DNA of 32,000 nucleotides from Pseudodesulfovibrio piezophilus C1TLV30 (GTDB taxonomy: Bacteria > Desulfobacterota > Desulfovibrionia > Desulfovibrionales > Desulfovibrionaceae). Position 1 is the first letter of the stretch; the number at the start of each line of letters is the position of its first letter. The position numbers and the translations under genes were made by a program. Positions 1-9,506 of this stretch are shown in pieces. The stretch covers positions 330,001 through 362,000 of the forward strand of contig NC_020409.1 in NCBI RefSeq assembly GCF_000341895.1, in the 5' to 3' direction. A model generated the notes under the pieces. The model saw nothing but the letters and a program-made list of their open reading frames with translations, ran no database searches and had not been told where the DNA came from.

Positions 1-352
1 TCCTGTTTTCAATCACAGGTAAGCAGCCATACTTGTGGTTGAGTATGGTTTGCGCGGCATCTCTGAGTGTCGTTTCTCCATTGACAGTCGCGATATCGGT
101 TTGCATGACTTCTCTTATGGGGATACCGGCATCAATCTCTTTTTGTGTTTCGGGATCAAGTTCGGCCAGTTGCGATATAGTCGCTGACAAGATATCTCGA
201 TGGGTTATGAGACCTGCGAAATTATTATCAACAGTGACAATAGGAATATGTCTTATCCGTTGTAAGGCCATCAGTGAGCGAGCGCTATATAAGGAGTCGT
301 TTTCCTTGAGCGAGAATACAGGATGAGTCATCAGGTCCTTTATCTTAAGCAT
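1..352 (-). CDS. CBS-domain protein, partial (C-terminus lies beyond the window start)
   Basis: Missing from the ORF track because it is truncated by the window edge. Reverse complement from ATG (352-350) reads MLKIKDLMTHPVFSLKENDSLYSARSLMALQRIRHIPIVTVDNNFAGLITHRDILSATISQLAELDPETQKEIDAGIPIREVMQTDIATVNGETTLRDAAQTILNHKYGCLPVIENR, open to position 1. GGAGG (rc of 359-363) lies 6 nt upstream. The pattern is typical of tandem CBS domains. The + strand ORF 33-326 is its antisense shadow. Confidence 0.8.
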   Translation of the reverse strand, partial: MLKIKDLMTHPVFSLKENDSLYSARSLMALQRIRHIPIVTVDNNFAGLITHRDILSATISQLAELDPETQKEIDAGIPIREVMQTDIATVNGETTLRDAAQTILNHKYGCLPVIENR

Positions 353-532
353 GCGAATCCTCCAATTTTTTGCGCATTGTAAATGTTCATGAAACACAAG
401 ATCATGTCAAGATGGGGATAGCGAAAATGGGAGGAGCCCTCGCCTGTCGGTTGACTTTGTCCGCAGAATCTGGTCAGCATCCCGCAGGCGAATTTTCTTT
501 GCGCCTGGCTAGCCGCAATACAAGGAGTTTTC

Positions 533-1174
533 ATGGTTGATCCGGTGAGATCGAGGGAACGCATGGTGCGTGAGCAGATCGAAGCGCGGGGCGTCTCCGA
601 TCGGGCGGTTCTCGATGCACTGCGAACTCTTCCGAGGCATCTTTTTGTCGAGGAAGCCCTTGCATATAAGGCTTATTCAGACGGCCCTCTCCCTATCGGA
701 GAAGGGCAAACAATCTCTCAACCCTTCATTGTTGCATTGATGTCCGAGATGCTTCAGGTCCAGCCCGGAATGCGAGTGCTCGAAATAGGGACGGGGTCAG
801 GTTACCAGGCTGCAGTCCTGGCAGACATGGGGGCAGATGTCTACACGGTCGAGCGGATTAAAAAGTTGTTTTTTGCGGCCCGTAAGCGTTTTATGGACAT
901 GAGGATGTTTTCAGTCAAGCTGAAGCTTGATGATGGGACTATGGGCTGGCCGGAAGAAGCTCCTTTTGATCGTATCATAGTAACGGCAGGTGGACCTGAG
1001 ATACCAGAGCCGCTTATTGATCAATTAGCTGATCCGGGGCGTTTGATTATTCCGGTTGGTGGTTCAAAAAGATATCAGGAGTTGATTCTCATCGAAAAAA
1101 AAGATGGCGAAGTGATTCGAACGAATAAAGGTGATGTGGCCTTTGTTGATTTGGTTGGGCAACATGGTTGGTAA
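533..1174 (+). CDS. pcm: protein-L-isoaspartate O-methyltransferase
   Basis: AAGGAG lies 6 nt upstream of the ATG. Contains [11 protein letters not shown] and the SAM motif [16 protein letters not shown], characteristic of Pcm. Confidence 0.93.
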   Translation: MVDPVRSRERMVREQIEARGVSDRAVLDALRTLPRHLFVEEALAYKAYSDGPLPIGEGQTISQPFIVALMSEMLQVQPGMRVLEIGTGSGYQAAVLADMGADVYTVERIKKLFFAARKRFMDMRMFSVKLKLDDGTMGWPEEAPFDRIIVTAGGPEIPEPLIDQLADPGRLIIPVGGSKRYQELILIEKKDGEVIRTNKGDVAFVDLVGQHGW

Positions 1175-1187
1175 CAGTTTCGATTCA

Positions 1188-2150
1188 ATGAAAAAGTTGA
1201 CCTATAAAGAAGCCTTTTTCAAGACCCCTGGCCCGCGTGATTTCAAAGGTGGCATTCTGCTTTGGTCAAAAGGTATATGTATGGGGGGAGCCGATATTAT
1301 TCCGGGAGTTTCTGGCGGAACTATTGCTTTTATAACAGGTATTTACACACAGTTAATTGATGCCATTCGTTCTTTTGATCTTAATTTTGCTCGTAGAGTG
1401 ATATCGTTAGATTTTAGGGAAGCCTTGGCTCTCGTTCACGTCAGATTCCTTTTTTGCCTCCTTTTTGGCATCCTGACTGCGATTATTTGCATGGCAAGCG
1501 TCATGCATTTTATGCTCAGCAGTTTTCCGGTCGAAATCTGGTCTCTGTTTTTTGGCCTTATCGTTGCTTCCATATATGTCGTCGGGCGTGAAATTCAATA
1601 TTTAAAGATTCAGTCTATTGGATTTGTCTTTGCCGGGTGTTTTTGTAGTTATTTCTTGGTTGGGATGATCCCTGTGTCGACGCCTGAGACTATGCCATTT
1701 ATTTTTTTCTGTGGGGCAATCGCCATCTGTGCCATGATCCTCCCAGGTATCAGTGGCGCTTTTTTGCTCTTACTGCTCGGGAAGTATGAGTATATAACAG
1801 GGATGCTCAAGAATCCCTTTGTCGCTGATCACCTCCTTGTTTTAGTGGTTTTTGCAACAGGTGCTGTCGCTGGGATACTCTTTTTTTCCCGAGTGATTCA
1901 TTATTTGCTCCATAGGTGGCATTCTGCGACAATTTGTATGTTAACGGGATTCATGCTCGGTGCTTTGAGAAAGGTCTGGCCGTGGAAAGAAACTCTCGAA
2001 TCCATAGTCATCCGAGAAAAAATCCATATTCTACGGGAGCAGAACGTTCTTCCTGCACTCGATGAACAATTTTTTATCGCCTTAGGTTTGGCTATAGCCG
2101 GGGCAGTGACTGTTTTATTGTTGGATAGACTGTCTCGTGGTGGTCGTTGA
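1188..2150 (+). CDS. DUF368-family polytopic membrane protein (PopT-like, candidate undecaprenyl-phosphate translocase family)
   Basis: Contains GADIIPGVSGGTIAFITGIY and a second LPGISGAFLLLLLGKYE repeat, typical of DUF368, with multiple hydrophobic helices. I chose the ATG at 1188 (MKKLTYKE) rather than the track start 1131, which overlaps the pcm 3' end. Confidence 0.85.
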   Translation: MKKLTYKEAFFKTPGPRDFKGGILLWSKGICMGGADIIPGVSGGTIAFITGIYTQLIDAIRSFDLNFARRVISLDFREALALVHVRFLFCLLFGILTAIICMASVMHFMLSSFPVEIWSLFFGLIVASIYVVGREIQYLKIQSIGFVFAGCFCSYFLVGMIPVSTPETMPFIFFCGAIAICAMILPGISGAFLLLLLGKYEYITGMLKNPFVADHLLVLVVFATGAVAGILFFSRVIHYLLHRWHSATICMLTGFMLGALRKVWPWKETLESIVIREKIHILREQNVLPALDEQFFIALGLAIAGAVTVLLLDRLSRGGR

Positions 2151-2191
2151 GGGAAAGAGGCAAAAGGTTTTCAAAAAAGTGAGATATTGAA

Positions 2192-3076
2192 ATGAGTGGT
2201 TGCAGTTCGGGTTCCTGCGGGGGAACCAAGACCAAAGAGAGCGCGAAGAAGCAGATTCAGGATGAGATGATTAAATCCACTCTGGAAAAAATCAAATATA
2301 AGCTCTTTGTCATGAGTGGTAAGGGCGGAGTCGGCAAAAGCTCGGTTTCAGTCAATATCGCAGCGGCTCTGGCTGCAAAGGGATTCAAGGTTGGCATTTT
2401 GGATGTTGATATCCATGGTCCCAGTGTGCCGACCCTGTTGGGCATTTCAGGTACTCTGGATATGGATCGAGGGTCATTGGTTATTCCAAAAGAATACAAT
2501 GAAAATCTTCATATCGTTTCAATGGAATCACTGCTCAAGGATCCAGATCAAGCTGTTTTGTGGCGTGGCCCCATGAAAACTTCAGCCATTAGGCAGTTTA
2601 TTTCCGACGTCCAATGGGGTGAACTCGATTTTCTTGTTATTGATTCGCCTCCCGGAACAGGAGATGAACCCATGACCGTTTTAAAGAATATTCCTGAAGC
2701 GTTGGCGGTGGTAGTGACAACGCCTCAAGAGGTTTCGTTGTCTGATGTCCGTAAGTCCATTAACTTTCTTCAGTACGCTCAAGCGAACATACTGGGGGTT
2801 GTCGAGAATATGAGTGGTCTGGTCTGTCCTCACTGTCATGAGTCCATTGACTTATTCAAACGAGGAGGGGGGCGTGATCTAGCCGAAAAATACGGGCTTG
2901 ATTTTCTCGGCGCAATTCCTCTGGACCCGGCTACTGTCATTGCTGGCGACTTGGGGACGCCTGTGGTACTCCTCAATGAAGATTCATATGCAAAAAAGGC
3001 TTTCCTTGCTCTCGCAGACACCATTGCAGACTCTGCCCTAAAAAGTTTTGAAGCTGCATCGACCTCACACGATTAA
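2192..3076 (+). CDS. mrp: Mrp/NBP35/ApbC-family Fe-S cluster carrier ATPase
   Basis: Deviant Walker A SGKGGVGKSSVS, a conserved CPHC pair (VCPHCHESIDLF), and a Cys-rich N-terminus CSSGSCGG. Confidence 0.92.
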   Translation: MSGCSSGSCGGTKTKESAKKQIQDEMIKSTLEKIKYKLFVMSGKGGVGKSSVSVNIAAALAAKGFKVGILDVDIHGPSVPTLLGISGTLDMDRGSLVIPKEYNENLHIVSMESLLKDPDQAVLWRGPMKTSAIRQFISDVQWGELDFLVIDSPPGTGDEPMTVLKNIPEALAVVVTTPQEVSLSDVRKSINFLQYAQANILGVVENMSGLVCPHCHESIDLFKRGGGRDLAEKYGLDFLGAIPLDPATVIAGDLGTPVVLLNEDSYAKKAFLALADTIADSALKSFEAASTSHD

Positions 3077-3087
3077 GCGAATTTATC

Positions 3088-3672
3088 ATGAACAAAGAAA
3101 TATTCAATTTGCCGAACTGTTTGACTATGACTCGAATTCTTGCCGCGCCATTTGTCGTTTTTCTCTTGTATCTTGAAATGTGGTTTCAGTTCAGGATTGG
3201 TTCCTACTGTGCTTTTGGTGTGTATTTTCTGGCATGTATGACAGATTACTTTGATGGTCGAATTGCCAGAAGTCAGAATATAATTACGACACTTGGCAAG
3301 TTCCTTGACCCATTGGCGGACAAGTTGCTCATAGGGTCTGTTTTTATCATGTTGGTTCGTCTCGGGCCAGAATGGAAAGTGCCTGCCTGGATAGTCATAA
3401 TCATTATCTGTAGAGAGTTGGCAGTGACAGGTATGCGTGCTATCGCCGCGGAAATGGGGCAGGTTGTCGCCGCAGATAAATACGGGAAAGCCAAAACACT
3501 GGCGCAAAGCCTCGCTGGAGGATTTTTAATATTCCATTATCCGCTTTGGGGTTGGGATCCTCGTCCGATTGGGCAAGGTCTCCTGTGGCTTGCTTTAGTT
3601 TTGACTGTTTTTTCGGGTGGGAATTATCTGTACAATTTTTATAAAAAGTGGTTAAAAAGTACTGAGAATTGA
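3088..3672 (+). CDS. pgsA: CDP-diacylglycerol--glycerol-3-phosphate 3-phosphatidyltransferase
   Basis: CDP-alcohol phosphatidyltransferase motif DYFDGRIAR...GKFLDPLADKL, an N-terminal NLPNCLTMTRI, and a membrane-protein profile. Confidence 0.9.
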   Translation: MNKEIFNLPNCLTMTRILAAPFVVFLLYLEMWFQFRIGSYCAFGVYFLACMTDYFDGRIARSQNIITTLGKFLDPLADKLLIGSVFIMLVRLGPEWKVPAWIVIIIICRELAVTGMRAIAAEMGQVVAADKYGKAKTLAQSLAGGFLIFHYPLWGWDPRPIGQGLLWLALVLTVFSGGNYLYNFYKKWLKSTEN

Positions 3673-3692
3673 TTAGAAAAACGGTGTGTACT

Positions 3693-3971
3693 ATGAACGA
3701 ATCGAGCTCCGTGAGTTATCTCGTCCGAATAACAAACTGCCTTCAAACCATTTTGGAATTGGAGTCGCAGCTTGAGAAGTTGGAGCATGGGAACTCTCTC
3801 CTTGACGAATTCATCGTCCTTAAATCCTTTTTGGAAAAGATAGATAGAGTAGATTTGAGTGAAGCTGATGTCGAGCGCATTGAAGTGGCAACTGCAAATT
3901 TTCTTAAGGAGTTGCAGGTGCCTTTAGCGAAAAGCAATTTTCACGATCAAGTCAGGCGTAGGCTTCAGTAG
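3693..3971 (+). CDS. small hypothetical protein (helical or coiled-coil-like)
   Basis: Open frame of about 92 aa from the ATG at 3693 (the track start 3669 is a TTG overlapping the pgsA stop). It fills the pgsA-ftsB gap on the same strand. No recognisable motif and no clear SD sequence. Confidence 0.45.
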   Translation: MNESSSVSYLVRITNCLQTILELESQLEKLEHGNSLLDEFIVLKSFLEKIDRVDLSEADVERIEVATANFLKELQVPLAKSNFHDQVRRRLQ

Positions 3972-3976
3972 CTATC

Positions 3977-4291
3977 ATGAAAGGACGTGTTCTCATTGTC
4001 GCCCTTCTGCTCCTTATCAATCTTCTCTTGCTCTTTCGTTTGATTTGGAGTGATCAGGGTGTTTTTGCTTATTGGGAGCTTAAAAACAGATATGAGACAT
4101 TGCAGGTCAATATCAACGATGTGGACAAGCAGAGTTTGGATTTGAGTCAAGAAATACGTCGATTGAAATCCGATAAGGCTTATCAGGAAAAGGTTGTTCG
4201 CGAAAGAATGAATTTTGTGAAAAAAGACGAGGTCTTATACATATTCCCGGACGAGGCCGTCAACCCCGGTGGAGAGGGTGCTGATGAGTAA
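3977..4291 (+). CDS. ftsB: septum formation initiator (FtsB/DivIC-like)
   Basis: One N-terminal TM helix (VLIVALLLLINLLLLFRLIW) followed by a coiled coil (YWELKNRYETLQVNINDVDKQSLDLSQEIRRLKSD), then VVRERMNFVKKDEVLYIF, typical of the FtsB family. Confidence 0.75.
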   Translation: MKGRVLIVALLLLINLLLLFRLIWSDQGVFAYWELKNRYETLQVNINDVDKQSLDLSQEIRRLKSDKAYQEKVVRERMNFVKKDEVLYIFPDEAVNPGGEGADE

Positions 4292-5084
4292 AAAGATTGA
4301 ATGGTATCAAGAAGTTCTTTCCCTAGAACCCGGATCGCGGGTTTTTTTCCCTTTGGCAAAATTATTTGTTGAAAACGGTATGCCTGAAGATGCAGTCATT
4401 GCTCTACGGCGGGGATTGGACAGACATCCGGACTACCTTGAAGCCAGAATGCTTCTTGTCGAGTTATTGACCGAGTTGGGACGAGAGGAAGAAGTTCACG
4501 AACAACTCAAACGGGTTATCACTCCCTTACAGGATTATCCTGCTTTTTGGCGTGGATGGGCGAGAAGCCTCCCAGAAAATCAAAGAGATCTTGCCGTTTT
4601 TCTGATGCTTGTTTCGTCGAATCTTATGGGAGATACGATCAAGTGGACTGATGTTGTTTTTGAAGGCATAAGCACTTTAGCCAAACGGTTGGTAGGAGCA
4701 CCTTTGCCTCCGCCTTGTGATACCCGTTCTTCATCTCTTCAGCCTCATGTAGAAGCGGACAGCCATACCTCCTCTGATTTTGACGAACCAGAGCCCCCCA
4801 GGCCGAGGGCAGGGGCCTATCGAACCAAAACGATGGCTGACCTGCTCGCTTCCCAGGGTGATGTGAATGGAGCACTGGAAATTTATCGCGAATTGTTGCA
4901 TTCAACTCTTTCCGACGACAGGCGTGCTGAGTTGAGCAAGCGAATCACCGAGCTTGAATCAGACACTGGAAATGAAAGCGAAGCCGACAGGCAGGAAGAT
5001 GCTTTTAGTGTCCATGCCAAAAATCGTTTGATCAGTACTCTTGAAACGCTTGCTTCTCGTTTTGAAGCAAGAATTCAGAATTAA
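4284..5084 (+). CDS. TPR-like repeat protein
   Basis: The ATG at 4284 follows GGAGAGG (4271-4277) and overlaps the ftsB stop (ATGAGTAA). TPR-like helices (GMPEDAVIALRRGLDRHPDYLEARMLL; ADLLASQGDVNGALEIYRELL) flank a low-complexity Pro/Ser/acidic linker. Confidence 0.7.
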   Translation: MSKKIEWYQEVLSLEPGSRVFFPLAKLFVENGMPEDAVIALRRGLDRHPDYLEARMLLVELLTELGREEEVHEQLKRVITPLQDYPAFWRGWARSLPENQRDLAVFLMLVSSNLMGDTIKWTDVVFEGISTLAKRLVGAPLPPPCDTRSSSLQPHVEADSHTSSDFDEPEPPRPRAGAYRTKTMADLLASQGDVNGALEIYRELLHSTLSDDRRAELSKRITELESDTGNESEADRQEDAFSVHAKNRLISTLETLASRFEARIQN

Positions 5085-5147
5085 CCAATTCACCAATTAC
5101 GACGGGCATCGGTCATGGGTGTCCGTTGTTTTATTTATGGTACTAAT

Positions 5148-5939
5148 ATGAGATATATTTGTTTACTAGTAATAGGGCAGCTTTTTCTGACGGCTGGTTG
5201 TGGAATGTGGACTTCTACGAAAGAATACGCCAAGGATTCATGGGGAACGACAAAGGCATATATTGATCCACCACCGCAAATTGATGTTGATAACTATCAG
5301 TTTGAAAGTCCCAACCAGGAAAAATTGGCTCGTTTATTCACTCCTGTTGATGGCCCACTGACTTCGCTGTCTCGTTTTGTTGATGACAAGGACACACTGC
5401 CGGGAGTTGATTGGCTTGACCTCTTGTTGGCGCGCTTCCCATGGGTTAGTCGTGTCCTGGTTACCGATGAAAATGGAACTATTATTTTTATGCAACCGGA
5501 AATCCCGGTAAAGAAAATTTCCAAGCCTCTTGTTTTTAAGGGAGTCTGGCGTGATATCCAGCTTCTGACTGTGGTCGATTATTCTGACCTCGGGCCTGAG
5601 TTATATATAGGCCGTCCTTATTTTCAGGATACCCGTTTTAATGGTCTGATTGGAGTGGGGTTTGATCCGCGTGCATTATTGTCGTTGAGTCCTGAACCCA
5701 GTAAGCTGATTATCATTCACCCAGGAGGCGGCGTGTGGTCTCGTGGGGCTGATATCGACAAAGAGGCGCTTCTGGCAGTGCCGTGGAAGGAACTTTTGAA
5801 GGAAAATGTTTTTGGGCAGATCAAGGTCGGAGAGAAACATTATACTTGGTTGGCCCGTTATGTGGGGAAAGACCCTTATGTTTACGCCACAGAAAGTGTT
5901 GCTCCCGAGGCTGATGTCGACTCTTGGTGGTCTTTTTAG
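5148..5939 (+). CDS. hypothetical lipoprotein
   Basis: Lipobox in MRYICLLVIGQLFLTAGC. The alternative start at 5115 adds 11 residues. No catalytic motif recognised. Confidence 0.65.
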   Translation: MRYICLLVIGQLFLTAGCGMWTSTKEYAKDSWGTTKAYIDPPPQIDVDNYQFESPNQEKLARLFTPVDGPLTSLSRFVDDKDTLPGVDWLDLLLARFPWVSRVLVTDENGTIIFMQPEIPVKKISKPLVFKGVWRDIQLLTVVDYSDLGPELYIGRPYFQDTRFNGLIGVGFDPRALLSLSPEPSKLIIIHPGGGVWSRGADIDKEALLAVPWKELLKENVFGQIKVGEKHYTWLARYVGKDPYVYATESVAPEADVDSWWSF

Positions 5940-5985
5940 TGTTTTCCATTTCTGATTCATACTAACACGGGTAAAGGAAGAAGGA

Positions 5986-7017
5986 ATGTCACAGCAAGTA
6001 ACGGTTACAGAGCATATTCTCCTGCATCAAAAAATGATACCAGGAGCAACTGGGCAGTTTACACGCCTTTTTAATGAATTGGTTCTCTCGGCTAAAATTA
6101 TTGCGCGTGCAGTGAACAAAGCAGGCCTTGTCGATGTGCTGGGCTTTACCGGTGATATTAATGTACAAGGCGAAGAAGTCAAAAAACTCGATGAATATGC
6201 GAATCGAATTCTGATTCACCGACTTTCGCGTTCAGGTGTGCTCTGTGCTATGGCCTCTGAAGAAAACGCTGATATTATAGAGGTTCCGGAGAATTTTCCG
6301 CGTGGAGATTATATTATAATTTTTGATCCACTTGATGGCTCATCCAATATTGATGTGAATGTCAATATTGGGACGATTTTTTCAATTTTCAAACGTCGAT
6401 CCAATTCGGATGCAGCTTTGCTTTCGAGTGATGTTTTGCAAAAGGGGAGCGAACAGGTTGCTGCCGGGTATATACTCTACGGCTCTTCAACCATGTTGAT
6501 TTTTTCTACTGGTGACGGAGTACACGGTTTTACACTTGATCCCAGTGTGGGCGAATTCATTTTGTCTCACCCGAATATTCGTATACCTGAGCAAGGTAAA
6601 ATATATTCTGTGAATGAAGGATATGAACGTTATTGGGATAGGGATACGAAAAAAGCTCTGTCATATTTCAAATCACCAAAAAACGCCTTGAGAAAGCCGT
6701 ATAGTGGGCGGTACATCGGCTCTCTTGTCGCAGATTTTCACCGTAACTTGTTGTACGGTGGTATTTTCATGTACCCCGCAGATTTGAGAGATCCTAAAAA
6801 ACCATGGGGTAAGCTGCGGTTGACCTGTGAATGCAATCCTATGGCTTTTATTGTTGAAAAGGCCGGTGGCTTGGCTATCGATGGATTGAAACGGATTCTG
6901 GACATTGAGCCTGAGCATTTGCACCAACGTGCTCCATTTTTTTGTGGTTCAGCCAAAGATGTTCAAGTTGTCCAAGAGATTTTTGAAGCCGAAGCCCGGA
7001 GAAAAAAGAAAAAGTAA
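5986..7017 (+). CDS. fbp: fructose-1,6-bisphosphatase class 1
   Basis: Contains [50 protein letters not shown] and GGIFMYP, hallmark FBPase class I segments. AGGAAG lies upstream of the ATG. Confidence 0.93.
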   Translation: MSQQVTVTEHILLHQKMIPGATGQFTRLFNELVLSAKIIARAVNKAGLVDVLGFTGDINVQGEEVKKLDEYANRILIHRLSRSGVLCAMASEENADIIEVPENFPRGDYIIIFDPLDGSSNIDVNVNIGTIFSIFKRRSNSDAALLSSDVLQKGSEQVAAGYILYGSSTMLIFSTGDGVHGFTLDPSVGEFILSHPNIRIPEQGKIYSVNEGYERYWDRDTKKALSYFKSPKNALRKPYSGRYIGSLVADFHRNLLYGGIFMYPADLRDPKKPWGKLRLTCECNPMAFIVEKAGGLAIDGLKRILDIEPEHLHQRAPFFCGSAKDVQVVQEIFEAEARRKKKK

Positions 7018-8096
7018 TGCTGACGCTTGGAATTGAAACATCATGTGATGAGACAGCAGTTGCTTTAGTTGAGGATGGGAAACTTCTCTGTGAGAAATTG
7101 GCCACACAGATAGATGTCCATGCGCTCTTTGGTGGGGTGGTGCCGGAAATAGCCTCACGTGAGCATTTGCGTGTCTTGCCGTGTCTTTTCCAGGAGCTTC
7201 TCGTTGAAACCGGTATTCTGGCAAGCGATATTGATAATGTCGCCGTTGCCAGGGGGCCAGGGTTGCTTGGGAGCCTCCTCGTGGGTGTGAGTTTTGCCAA
7301 GGGATTAAGTTTGGCTACAGGGGCGACACTTATTGGTGTTAATCATCTTTGGGCGCATCTGTTGGCACCAGGACTCGTTGAAGAGCTTGCTTTTCCAGCG
7401 TTAGGGCTTTTGGTCTCCGGGGGGCACACTCATACCTATTTGATATCCTCACCGATCGAATTCGAGTTGCTCGGTCGGACACTGGACGACGCAGCTGGAG
7501 AGGCATTTGATAAGGTCGCGAAACTTTTGAATTTTCCTTATCCTGGTGGTCGTTTTATTGATATGCTGGGTCATGAGGCAGAGCCGGATACACGTCTCTT
7601 TCCTCGTCCCTATATTGACAACTCAAGTCTTGATTTCAGCTTTAGTGGGTTGAAAACTGCCGTCGCTCAATATGTTGCTTCTCACCCAGAATTGATATTT
7701 TCAGAAATGGCCGACACTGACGCTATCGAAGCTTTATCTAGTAATGAAAGACATAATTTGGCAACGGTCTGTGCTTCCTTCAATTGGAGCGTCGTCGAAA
7801 CTTTGAAAATAAAGGTTGAGCGCGCTTTGCAGCAAACGAGAAGAGTGAAGAGCCTGGTCATTGCTGGAGGTGTTGCCGCCAATACAAGGCTTCGAAATAC
7901 CATGCAGGAGTTTGCTGTTAAAAAATCACTTCAGTTGACATTGCCGGAGCTTGATTTATGTACAGATAATGGAGCCATGGTTGCCTATGCTGGTTCTCTT
8001 TTGATCGAAGCCGGATACAGTCATGGCCTTGATATCGAAGCTATCCCGAGAGGGCAGGTTGTCCCAATGGATTGGAAGGTTGGCAAAAGCGTCTGA
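7017..8096 (+). CDS. tsaD: tRNA N6-adenosine threonylcarbamoyltransferase
   Basis: [18 protein letters not shown] at the N-terminus, plus VSGGHTH and AGGVAAN motifs. The start overlaps the fbp stop (TAATG). Confidence 0.95.
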   Translation: MLTLGIETSCDETAVALVEDGKLLCEKLATQIDVHALFGGVVPEIASREHLRVLPCLFQELLVETGILASDIDNVAVARGPGLLGSLLVGVSFAKGLSLATGATLIGVNHLWAHLLAPGLVEELAFPALGLLVSGGHTHTYLISSPIEFELLGRTLDDAAGEAFDKVAKLLNFPYPGGRFIDMLGHEAEPDTRLFPRPYIDNSSLDFSFSGLKTAVAQYVASHPELIFSEMADTDAIEALSSNERHNLATVCASFNWSVVETLKIKVERALQQTRRVKSLVIAGGVAANTRLRNTMQEFAVKKSLQLTLPELDLCTDNGAMVAYAGSLLIEAGYSHGLDIEAIPRGQVVPMDWKVGKSV

Positions 8097-8123
8097 GCAG
8101 GGTAATAAATACGTTAGCTGTTC

Positions 8124-8153
8124 TTGACAGCCGAGTGTGTAGGAACCTATTTT
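8124..8153 (+). promoter_or_regulatory. candidate sigma70-type promoter for trxA-trxB
   Basis: TTGACA (8124-8129), an 18-nt spacer, then TATTTT (8148-8153), in the 156-nt gap upstream of trxA. By-eye match only. Confidence 0.35.
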
Positions 8154-8252
8154 AAATAAATCTATTGAACATATGATGTTTTCCGCGAGTCTGGAAACAT
8201 CGAATAAATACTACGATAATACGACGGCTGGGAGCCGGAAAAGGAGATTCAA

Positions 8253-8573
8253 ATGGCACATCAGATTACGGACGGTACTTTTGATCAGGAAGTTCTGCAG
8301 AGTGAAATCCCTGTCCTTATTGATTTCTGGGCTCCTTGGTGCGGCCCTTGCCGTGCAATGGGACCTGTTATTGATGAATTGTCTGAGGAATATGCGGATC
8401 AGGTGAAGATTGTAAAAATGAATGTGGATGAGAACTCCGCTACTCCGGGTAAGTACGGTATTCGTGCCATTCCGACTTTGATCTTGTTCAAGGATGGAGA
8501 AGTGGTTGATCAGTCTACCGGGGCTGTCTCCAAGAGCAGCATCAAGGAAATGATTACCAAGAAGGCGCTGTAG
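8253..8573 (+). CDS. trxA: thioredoxin
   Basis: Active site FWAPWCGPC, typical 106-aa length, AAGGAG upstream. Confidence 0.95.
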   Translation: MAHQITDGTFDQEVLQSEIPVLIDFWAPWCGPCRAMGPVIDELSEEYADQVKIVKMNVDENSATPGKYGIRAIPTLILFKDGEVVDQSTGAVSKSSIKEMITKKAL

Positions 8574-8577
8574 TTAC

Positions 8578-9498
8578 ATGAAATCATATGACGCTGTAGT
8601 CATTGGAGGGGGGCCGGCAGGAATGACGGCTGCCCTTTATCTTTTGAGGGCTGGTGTCAAGACAGCCATGATTGAAAAACTTGCCCCTGGGGGGCAGGTC
8701 CTCATGACGGCGGAGATTGAGAATTATCCTGGTTTTCCTGAGGGACTTCAGGGTTGGGAGCTGGCAGATAAGTTTGCAGCGCATATCGAGAATGATGAAT
8801 TGGATCGTATTAATGATGAGGTCCGTTCTATTGAACTCGGCACATCGCTTCATACCATTCATGTCGGCGAGCAGGTAGTCCAGACAAAAATGATCATTCT
8901 CGCAACCGGTTCTCGGTATCGTAAGCTTGGGATTCCAGGAGAAGAGCGATTGCTTGGGAAAGGCGTTTCTTATTGCGCCTTATGCGATGGGAATTTCTTT
9001 CGTGGTCAAGATGTTGCTGTTATCGGGGGAGGAAACTCCGCCTTGGAAGAAGCCTTGTATTTGGCTCGGTTGGTCAACAAGGTGTATCTCATTCATCGAC
9101 GCGACGCTTTTCGTGGTCTTCTTTGTTATCAGGACAAGTGCCTTAATCATGAAAAAATCGAGGTTGTCCGTAATACCGTCGTCAATGAGATTGAGGGGGC
9201 TGATGAGGTTGAATCCTTGGCCTTATGCAATGTGAAGAGCAAAGAAAGCTCACATTTGAAGATTGATGCGGCATTTGTTTTTGTCGGTTTTGAACCTATT
9301 ATGGATTTTGTCCCAGTGGAAGTCGAGCGGGATAAAAATGGTATCATAACAGACGTGGAAATGCGGACGAATATTCCTGGGGTTTTCGCAGCTGGTGATA
9401 TCCGTTCAAAACTGTGCCGTCAGGTTGCATCCGCTGTTGGGGATGGTGCAACTGCGGCTAATGCCGCGTTCACATACCTCCAACAGTTCGGTATTTAG
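8578..9498 (+). CDS. trxB: thioredoxin-disulfide reductase (low-Mr type)
   Basis: FAD motif VIGGGPAGMTAA, redox CxxC (CALCDG), NADPH motif VIGGGNSALEEALYL...HRRDAFR, and C-terminal GVFAAGD. Confidence 0.93.
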   Translation: MKSYDAVVIGGGPAGMTAALYLLRAGVKTAMIEKLAPGGQVLMTAEIENYPGFPEGLQGWELADKFAAHIENDELDRINDEVRSIELGTSLHTIHVGEQVVQTKMIILATGSRYRKLGIPGEERLLGKGVSYCALCDGNFFRGQDVAVIGGGNSALEEALYLARLVNKVYLIHRRDAFRGLLCYQDKCLNHEKIEVVRNTVVNEIEGADEVESLALCNVKSKESSHLKIDAAFVFVGFEPIMDFVPVEVERDKNGIITDVEMRTNIPGVFAAGDIRSKLCRQVASAVGDGATAANAAFTYLQQFGI

Positions 9499-9506
9499 GA
9501 GTCCGC

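Noticed and set aside
33-326. 97-aa + strand ORF in the track
   Set aside because: The opposite strand encodes a clean CBS-domain protein with an SD sequence and ATG at 352. The + strand product is Cys/Ser-rich with no motif, so it is an antisense shadow ORF.
8173-8406. 77-aa ORF overlapping the trxA start in another frame
   Set aside because: trxA (ATG 8253, AAGGAG upstream, WCGPC) accounts for the region. The overlapping ORF has no SD sequence and an unnatural sequence.
8993-9010. TrxB redox motif CALCDG instead of the E. coli CATCDG
   Set aside because: The residues between the two Cys vary among low-Mr thioredoxin reductases (CAVC is also common). Both Cys residues and the FAD and NADPH motifs are intact, so this is unlikely to be functionally significant.
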